From assembly GCF_001194135.2 (NCBI RefSeq), contig NC_068992.1:63993195-64057194 (forward strand): a DNA stretch of 64,000 nt. Direction: 5' to 3'. The stretch's first letter is position 1. The number at the start of each line of letters is the position of its first letter. The DNA is from Octopus bimaculoides (taxonomy: Eukaryota). Both the position numbers and the translations under genes were made by a program. The notes beneath the pieces were generated by a model. It saw nothing but the letters and a program-made list of their open reading frames with translations, did not search any database and was not told the DNA's origin. This document shows, piece by piece, positions 54,141-64,000 of the stretch.

Positions 54141-55689
54141 ACTTCTTACACAAAAGATTTCAAAGCAGGCTTGTATAAGGTATGTTCAAGAAATGTTGAT
54201 GTTTAGCAATGAAATAAAACCAATCAACACCAAGAGACAGAAGTGAATGAAAAGAAATGACCCAAATACAGAGCAAATAGATGATGATATTGAAAGTGGA
54301 GGATAGACAGGAGAGAGGGAGGAGAGAGAGAGAGAGGCAGACAGACAGGACCAAAATAGTGTTTTAAAGAAATGAGGAGATCTGATCAGAAAAGGTTGAT
54401 CCTTTGAACCTCAGACAAGATTAAGAGTCACTCTAATATGCTTCATTGCAGATATGGCCCACCCGTGTCAGCATGGAAAAATGGACATTAAAATTATGTT
54501 GACAATAACAATGAATCATGAAACTCTTTATATATAGTTAGAAGTATAGTCAATGTGTGTCACATGTAGTTGTTAAAAGGTTAGGTGTAGTGATTTAAAA
54601 ACAGTGTGCTGGAATGCATTGGTGCACTGTAGATTTTAAAAAATATAACTTAAGGTTTAAGGATAAAATAGCAACAGTTGAGTATGTGGAAATACAAGCC
54701 AGTTATAGTTTTTTTTTACAAACAAAAAGCATATGCATGGTTATGGGGTCAAGAAGTCCACCTCTTAAACAAGTGGTTTTGAGTTTGATCCCACCGCATG
54801 GCAACTTGGGTGTCTTCTACTACATATTTGGCTCAACCAATGTCAAACAAAGAAACAAATTTTGTCAACAAAAACAGCAAGATATCTGCCACATAGTATG
54901 TGCGTGTGCATGTACACGAAAGTATGTGAATGTTAATATTCCATGTTTGTCACCAACTGACTGAAGTAATGGTGATGCAGGCATTCCTTGTTGATATTTT
55001 ATAACTAGTCACCCTGAACTGACGAAGACCTCCAGAATGGAAAAAGAAAATCCCTTACTTGAAAACAGGAAGAGCTTCCTGTCCTAACCCATAGTAAAGA
55101 CCCACTTCAGTCACAAATGACCATGGGATTGCACCAAGAAAGATCCTCTCTGAGGCACAACTGGGTAAGGTTGTTTGTGGAAGACTAGGAGTTGCCCTTG
55201 CATACCAGTTCCCCCTCTCCACACCATCTATGTTGTCCAAAGGAAAGACAGAGGCTGATATAGCTTGGTACCAGCAACATCGCAATTCGTTTCTACAGTT
55301 GAGTGAACTGAGCCATGCACCTTCAAAGCCACAGTAGCATGGAAAAATAGGCATTCAATGAACAAACAAATAAATAAATATGATTAACAAAAGAAACTAA
55401 ACAATATTTTTCTGAATTTTTCCTGAATTTTTAGCTTTAAAACATTTTTTCAACTACCCATGTGAAAGGCGTTTTTCTTTTTTATCTACGATCCAGTGCA
55501 CCATGGAGACAAAATCCTTGAGAGCCACTGATGCAGAATTTTCAATTAATCCATATCAATCAATGCACTTTTAGAGACAGACTTATAGAAAATTGAATGC
55601 ACTATCCTGATGTATAATTAATATATATTTAACATTTCATATTGTTACAATTTACAATACTATACAAGTTTTATAACATTTGACAAAAT

Positions 55690-56125
55690 AGTTTACGTGT
55701 ACAATCACTGGGACACCATATCATATGTACAGTTAATGTGACACAATAATAGTTACAAGTATAGTCACTGTGACATAATAAGTTAAATGAATGGTCAATG
55801 TAACATAATAGCTACATTGCATTTACTGTGATACAAGTTACATGTATGGTCACTGTAACACAATAGCTGTCAAGTAAACAATCGTTGATACAATAACAAT
55901 TATGCCTACAGTCACCATGACAAAATAACAAATACATGTATGGTCAATGTGACACAATAATAGTTACATTGCAATTGCTGTAACACAATAATGATTACAT
56001 TTGTGACCAATGTGATATAGTTACATGTACAGTCACTGTGACACAATAACTGGTAATTGTGTCACAACAATAGTCACACATATAGCTATTATTATGACAC
56101 AACCACAGTTACATGTACAATAACT
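55690..56125. repeat. Degenerate minisatellite with a ~26-33-nt unit, about 14 copies
   Basis: Approximate consensus GTTACATGTACAGTCACTGTGACACAATAATA. There are no unique spacers between units. Confidence 0.85.
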
Positions 56126-56577
56126 GAAGCTAGTAATAGAATATAATGAGGCCTGAAGAACTGAAATGGAGACAACAATTTCTACAAGTTGTTTCTAATG
56201 ACTTCCTCGCTTACGCCAGCAACACCATCTTCTTAAGTTTGAAAGATACAGAACATAAAGGAACTTATCTAAGAATGGGTGGAGAATGACCTTTATCTTA
56301 GTCAGAAAGTCTTTGCCATATTTTTGTTGTTTTTTGTTTTGTGCATCAATAGGAGTGGCAATATAAAATGGTAACAGGCTACATAAGCAGTTCTATGAAT
56401 GTTTATGAATGTCTCAAGTTGAGAGATGCCTGCCAAAGAGGAAGAAGAGAGAAGAAACAAGACTGCTGTTTGGTTTCTAAGAAGAAGGAGTAAAATGAGG
56501 ACAGATGTGACTGTCAGCCAGCCTTTTCAGCCAAGTCTTATTACAAAACTAGAGATAACACAAATGTATCATAGATA

Positions 56578-56612
<35 letters not shown>

Positions 56613-57747
56613 CAGAGTGAGAAAGTTAATGTAAATAATTTACCATTGGAGAAATTAGAAAACAGTGAAAATTAGTGATTATATGCGATATGAGAGAGAG
56701 AGAGAGTGAGTAAGAGAAAGAGAAAGAGAGAGAAAGAGAGGGAGGTTAATTGCAGCATGAATACATGATAATTGGGATTGACTGGCGTGCAATTTGGTTT
56801 CAAATTAGGGTGTGGGCTCAAGGATGTCAATCCTTGCCAAAAAATAACTAACAAACATTTAATGTTTTCACTCTATTTTTCTTATATTTATTTATATTTT
56901 TCCTAGTTTTACTTGTCCTAGAAAAAGAATAATACACTTGAAATTCTTGAGAGAGAACAGTTCATATTTTCTGGAAGTTCTCTACACAATCCCAAACTAT
57001 GTGTATACATGCACACGCGCATGTACGTGTGTATTATTTCTTTATCTCTTAAAAAAAAAAAAAAAACACAATCATCTTTAAAATTAGAGTATTTTTTAAA
57101 TTCTGGTTAATGGTTGTTAATGATGAAAACTATTAATAGTTAATTAATGAGTTGTCATAGAAACTAAATTAAAAAGAAAAAATGGCTTCCAATAACAACA
57201 AGACTGAGTTTGAATATAAGATGGAATAAGTGGGTGAGGTAGTAAGGGGAGGGGGACACCTGTTTTAACTTAATAGATTTATTATGTTATGTATAATTTT
57301 CCTAAGTCAGCGAGCTGGCAGAATCGTTACCGTGTGGGGAAAATGCTTAGCAGTCTTTTGTTCATCTTTACATTCTGAGTTCAAAGTCTGCCAAAGTCCA
57401 CTGTCTTTCATCCCTTCAGGGTCAGTAAAATAAGTAGCAGTTGAAAACTGGGTCGATGCAATCAATTTGTAACCTAGCTCAAAATTGCTGGCCTTGTAAC
57501 AAAATTTGAAACCATCATTTATTATATTTCGATATAATATACACTTCTTTACAAATGAAATGTAAAAAATAACTTATAACAGTGTAGGCATGGTTGTGTG
57601 GTTAAGAAGCTCACTTTGTGACCACATGGCTTCAGGTTCACACTCACTGTACAACACTTTGGACAAGTGTCTTCTTTTATAGCCCCCAAGTCAATCAATT
57701 TCTTGTGAGAGAAGACTGAAGGAAAGTATGTGAAAGCCTGCTATATA

Positions 57748-57789
<42 letters not shown>

Positions 57790-57799
57790 NNNNNNNNNN

Positions 57800-57831
<32 letters not shown>

Positions 57832-59311
57832 TAGATATATGAATATATAAAACAGGTGTATATGAAGTACGGTCATTGCTAGAAATAGCAGCCGGTATGT
57901 TTACGGCACTATGTAGAGCTTCACTGCGATATTGTTAATCCAAGTTAATCTATGACTTTGTATGTATCACTTTCTCTCTCTCTCCCTCTTTTACTCTTAC
58001 TCTCTATATTATATGTTGAGCACGTGATCGATCTATAAGAACGCCAGTACAGGTAGAATGGAAGAAATATAAAAGTTGCTAGAAACAACAGCCAAATCTC
58101 CCTTAAATCACACAAAGTAAACGGAATTTTAAAAATCTAATTACTGCACTGGAAAGTTCACATCTAGAAAATTCCATTGATGTAAAAAATTTTTACAAAA
58201 AAGTGGAAAATGTGGATTTCTATAAACTTTTAAAAAGGCTTCACACAGACACACATCTTCAGCTTTATATATTAAGATATATATATCATATGTATCATGA
58301 TTTAATGTCCACTTTCCCAAGCTCACATGGATCAGGCAAAATTTGTTGACAGATTTTCTATGGCCAGACGCTCTTTTTGTCATCAACCCTCACCTGTTCC
58401 CAAGTAAGGTAACATTTCACCAAGACAAGATATTTGTTCAAGGAAATGAGACTGCTTCTTGCATGATGGTGACACTCGCTTACACAATATCCAGGAAAGG
58501 AGACAGTAACACACACACACACACATGTGCATGCTTACATATATATGTATGATGGGCTTCTTTTAGTTTCTGTCTACTAAATCAACTCAAGTCTTTGGTC
58601 AGCCTGGGTCTGTATGAGAAGACAATTGCCCAAAGTGTTACACAGTGGGATTGAACCCAAAAGTATGTGGTTGGGAAGCAAACTTCTCACCACACAGGCA
58701 AGCCCCCCCCCACCCCCTGTGTGTGTGTGTGTTTGTTTTTGCTCCTCTAACCTGCCTCACTTGACAACTGGCGATGGTTTGTTTCTGTCCTTGTAACTTA
58801 GTAGTTTATCAAAACAGACAGGCAGTATATGTACAAGAATTTTAAAAAATAAGTGCTGAGTTTGGTCTTTCAATAAAACCCTTTAAAGCAGTGCCTGGCC
58901 AAAGCTGCAGTCCAATGGCCAAGGCAAGTAAGAAGTTGAATCCTGCCAACTTTAGCTAAATAATAATTTGAAATAAATGACATAGTAAACATCACTAAAT
59001 TTGAAATAGTCACATATTAAAGAAAAATAATTATACATTTTTACATCCTTCTAACTTAACCCTTTTAATACCAACCTGCCTGACACTACCCCTGGCTCTA
59101 TGATACAAACTTCCTCTTTTGAAGGATCCAAATTAAAACCTTTCATAAAATTTCCTGTTAATTTATGTTCCATTTTACTAAATTCTTCATTATTTTCAAA
59201 ATTTATATTTCAACAGAAACAAAGTAACAAGTGTTAACCCTTTCCATAACAATATGGCTAAGACTAGATGCAAGTGTAATTCCACATTTCACTTAACAGT
59301 TTGTGGAGTGC

Positions 59312-59728
59312 CTGTAACAGACTTTATCAGCACCTCTTGAGAATTGCCCTTCCATTAGACGCCCACCACAATTTGTCACTGTGTGAGAATTGGTAATAAT
59401 CTATGAGCTCTTGGCCTTTGTGCAACTATATTTTTACACTTGTGTTTTAGCTTGACAACCACATACAAAAACCACACAGAGAAGATATGAATTGCAGCAA
59501 AATAATTTCAAAGTAAGAAAACTGCAGATGAAGAAAGCTTGAGGAACCAGAGAAGAAATCAATAAAACATATACTGATTCAGATCGGTGCTTACTTCAGG
59601 ATATAAAAATATAGTTATACAATGGAAGGAATCTCATAGATTATTACCAATTCTCACACAGTGACAAATTGTAGTGGGCATCAAATGGAAGGGCAATTCT
59701 AAAGAGGTTTAGATAAAGTCTGATACAG
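59312..59728. repeat. Long inverted repeat (~96-bp arms, ~225-bp spacer), MITE-like
   Basis: 59312-59407 is the reverse complement of 59633-59728, including a perfect block ACAATTTGTCACTGTGTGAGAATTGGTAATAATCTATGAG. Confidence 0.85.
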
Positions 59729-61096
59729 TTGCCCAACAAGAAATTTAGGGCCATATATAACATTCTGAAGGGGAGTTTTTTTTTGTTTTGTTTTTTAAAT
59801 TGTACATGGAACTGGCTTATCTCAAGAGCTGTCCCACATAGTGATTGAACACGAGCTGGAAAGTTAAGTCAGTTATGTAAAAAAAAAAAAAAGAGGGCAG
59901 TGGCTTGATCTTTATCATTTGTTGAGCAATATTTGGGTGCTATTTCTAAGCGGTTGAACAACCACAGCAACTAGGTGGCTACTGTAACTGACCACAAAAT
60001 GAAAAGAGAAGTAAAAGTACAAAATTGTCAGATGTCAAACAGAAAGCAAATGAGTTAAGTGAGGCGTGAAACTGTACTAGTGCCTATGACCACCCTTTGT
60101 TCTATGATACAAAAACCTTCATTATAACTTTTATCTAAGAAACCTTTTCTTATCTTACACTGTTCTAAACACCAACTTAATGAAGAAATTAGTTTTATTT
60201 CAGTAAATCACTCCAAATTCTCGAATATTTTCAGAATTTATCAAAATAGATTGGCAGTGTATTTCATCAGGAATATGATCACATCATCACAAAAGAGTAA
60301 AAACATACAAAAAGACAAATTTCTATAACTAAATTGATTACGTTACAAAATTCATAAAATGAAGAGATATATGAAATAGAATATAAGTTTTATATAAGTA
60401 AACCTAAATTGCAATCTGAACATGCTTGAAAATGAATCTTTCAAAGTCCACAATTTGTAGTTGATTTTAGGATTTTAATCAACTGCAAATATTGATTATA
60501 ATTAAAAAAATGTTAATACAGCAAGACTAATCAATATATAAGGAACTGATATAGGAGAACATTTTGAAGTTGTATTTACAACTAATTTGTCAGTCAACTG
60601 ATATGGGTGTTGGCATAACTGTGAGGTTACAAAGTTCACTTTGCCGCCACATGGTTACACATGGCACTTCGCCATTTTGGTTGATAGAAACTGTGCATAA
60701 ATACATTAGATAGATGGATGGATGTGCATATTCATTGTTTCATCCTTTTAACATCTACTTTTCCATGCTTGCATGGGTTAGATGAGACTTTATGGGAGCA
60801 GAATTTTCTGTAGCTGGATTCCCTTCCTAAAACCAACCCTCACCTGTTTTCAAACATGGTAATAATTCCTGAGTCTATCAAAGAATGGCCATGCTTTCAC
60901 AGCAGACTGCAAACAAACAGACACCATTTGTACAAAGAGCAATAGTTTTGTTTACAATGAGTGTGCATATGTCGAGACATGTGAAGAAGCCCAGACATGC
61001 TTTCATGGACACTGCAAACAAATAACATTGTTTGTATGAACAGTGAGGTTTTGTTTACAATCAGCATGCACATGTCAAAACAAAGAAAATACAGAG

Positions 61097-61129
<33 letters not shown>

Positions 61130-62669
61130 ATAATCAAAATCATCATCTAACATCCACAATCTATGCTGGAATGGGTTGGATGGTTTGACAGGATCCGTTG
61201 TGTCTGAGGACTGCATCATGTGCAGCATGCAAAACATATGCGTGTGTGTGTGTGTGTAAGTATATATATATATATACACAACAGACTTCTAGTTTCTCTG
61301 ATCAAATTTTGCTAACAAGGTGTTGATCATCAACTGACTGCTTCCATGCAGTCAGACTGAAGCCCTAACCACATGGTTCCAAAGTAAACTTCTTAACCAT
61401 ATCAGAATTTGAAATCAGAGCATAATCTACAAGAAATGCAGCTAAGTATTTTGTCTGGCATGCTAATGATCCAGCCAACTCACTGACTGTGTAGCAAGTG
61501 TTGTTTGCTAAATTACCAAAACTACTACAGCAGAACATTCCACTATCACTATAACACCCCATTCCTTTGATTAGTCACAGTAGTATTGCCACCCCATCTA
61601 ACAGGGAGCTAAACCAAACAGAATACAACTGACTACCCTTCAAAGCACTTATTATTCAATAATGCACTGAGAGTGGGACCTTCCTGAAACAAAGCAATAC
61701 GCATGGCAATATCCATGAATGCGATTCGAGCTCATTACTATGCAATAAGTGATTTGCATCTTAAAATAACATCCACAATATATAGTATAGATGTTTCCAA
61801 AATCAGAATTCTGCCACTAAGCCCCATCTCTCTCTCTCTCTCTCTCTCAACCACAATGAACTCTTCTATTAACAACTAAATATAAATAATGACATGGTCA
61901 GAGAACATTCCTACTCTAAGTTCTCACATGATTGATCCACTGGAAACCTGTAACCAACATTTCTCAAAATGCAGTATTAAATAATATAGTCATCTTTTAG
62001 TAGTTTCAGTTAAAAGGATCGCAGCCCTCTATGTGTATGTATGGTTTAGCCCCCTGTGTGTATGTTCTTTAATACTTTGTGTAGTATAGGGAGCTTCCCT
62101 GGATGCTATCCCGCTGCAAATTTGGCATATAAACAAAACACATACAGTGTGTGTGTGTGTGTGTGCGCGCGTGCGTGTGCGTGCGATTACTGGTGCTAAT
62201 TTGAATTTGTAATTCAAATTTCTTTCACGTGTGCTATGCTGCAGCATATCAGCAAATAAACTTCACTCTATTTCCATATATAAGTCACACTCCAGCAGCA
62301 ATTCACTTCGTTTTCAGATGATCCAAATAATGGCGAAATATCAGATATCTGGCATCTGGGACAAGCTGTCTCACCTAGTCTGTAACATTTGGTGTTCTGT
62401 AACACTCGGCATCATCTAGCGGCTTCTCTGGATGTTATCCCACAGTAAATTTGGTATAGGAACAAAACATGCATTATGTATGTGACTGATAATGTTTATA
62501 GATATATATACTCTGTAAAAAGTGGCTGCCATTAGAAAGGGTATCCAGCCATAAAAAAAAAAACATGCCAAAACAGAGTGGAGCTTGTTGTAGTCCTCTG
62601 GCTTGCCAGTTCCTATTAAACCACCCAACCCATACCAGCATGGAAGACAGACATTAAATGATGATGATG

Positions 62670-62708
<39 letters not shown>

Positions 62709-64000
62709 TATCATGTATGTGTGTATCAGATTGGAGTCTGGTGCAGCCTATTGGCTTGCCAGTCCTCAGTCAAACCATCCAACCCATGCCAACATGGAAA
62801 ATGGATGTTAAACAATGATGATGATGATGTATGTATATACACACACACATACATATTCTAGAAGTAAAGATATATTTTCTATTTCTCAGTTGGTTTGATT
62901 TATTAAAAAAAAATATTTTTTAATACTTCTTCCTTTCAAAAGAAATTTGTAAACCTTTAATCTCAATTCTAAGAAATCTGCTTCATGTATCAAGTAAATA
63001 AGGCAGGCATAGAGTACAAAAGAATTGAGAAAATAGCAAAAGCATTAAGTTCATTAAGAGATATGCATGAAGGCAAGATATAGAGCGCATGACAAAGACA
63101 ATTGAAAAGTTTTTGATATGATCCAAGTTTAGAGAATATACTCAGAGGTCATGTGCCATCCACTGGCTGGTGATGGCAAGTGAACAGAGTTGATTCAGTT
63201 TAACTGCATCACTTCTGTGACTGAAATTTTTATGTAATTAACCCTTTTGTTACCATATCTCTGTTGAGATGCTCTGTGTTTCTTTCAATTAATTTTAAAT
63301 CTAACAAAGAATTTAGTAAAATAACTAAGTTATCATTCAGCTAGTGTTAGGAACATTAATTGTGACTAAGGCTTGGTAGAAGATTTTAATTCAGAACTTA
63401 TGAAAATAAGACATTTGTACTACAGAGCCAGAACCGGTTTCGGCCAGGTTGGTAACGAAAGTGTTAGCTAGGTTTGTATAGTAGCAGATAAGTTTCACTA
63501 TATTGTCAGTAATATGGTATCCTGGTTATGTTACACATGTTCATTTTGTTTTACAGTAGTTTTTCTAGGCTGGCATGGGTTAGATGAAATTTGTTGTGGA
63601 TAGTTTTCCATGGCTGGATGTCCTTTGTGTTACCAACCCATACCTGATTTTAATTAAGGTATCTCTTCCTCCCACATTGTTCCTCACACACTAAAAGCAT
63701 AAACTCCTGGACTTTTTGCTTAAAAATAACAGTATTTTGGTTTAAACAGTGTTAATGAGGACACATGGAATGACACTTATACACATTCACAGAATGAAAT
63801 CTTTCTTGGTTTCTATCAAATAATTTCATTCATAAGGTACTGGTTAGCTCAAAATTATAGTAGAAGCGACATGCCGAAAGTGCCACCCAGTGGGATCAAA
63901 CCAAGTACCATGTGGCCGCAAAGCAAACTTCATAACCACAAAACCATGCCTACACCTAGTCATGCCTGTATGAATTATAAAACAAGAATGGAACGGTTTT

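Noticed and set aside
55019-55050. Second hammerhead-like core CTGACGAAGACC...GG...GAAA
   Set aside because: Stem II is incomplete, there is no GAAAC-GUH, and no stem I partner; at most a dead remnant.
55690-56125. CRISPR-like periodicity
   Set aside because: Units are contiguous and degenerate, with no unique spacers and no cas genes, in a eukaryotic context.

Overview
AT-rich, intron-like eukaryotic DNA with dense (CA)n/(TA)n/(GA)n/(AAT)n/(CAT)n microsatellites and five scaffold gaps. The dominant tRNA-headed SINEs and RTE-type tails resemble repeats I recall from octopus genomes. That cephalopod assignment is pattern recognition, not a database hit. There is no intact long gene and no prokaryotic-type system. 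The window is mostly transposon debris. It holds dozens of SINE copies from at least 3 families, relics of several LINE clades (R4/Dong-type, RTE, L2/CR1-like, I/Jockey-like), an internally deleted Gypsy element, hAT and TTAA-type MITEs, and a Helitron-like end. A few minus-strand candidate exons (18.4-18.5 kb, 20.5 kb, and a C2H2 finger at 72-148 interrupted by TGA) suggest the window lies in the large introns of a minus-strand gene I cannot name. The best observation is a ~285-bp Penelope-like insertion at 45612-45896. It has an 11-bp target-site duplication, sits inside a LINE relic, and carries a complete minimal type I hammerhead ribozyme. A 68-bp antisense arm in the same element can sequester the ribozyme's cleavage site.
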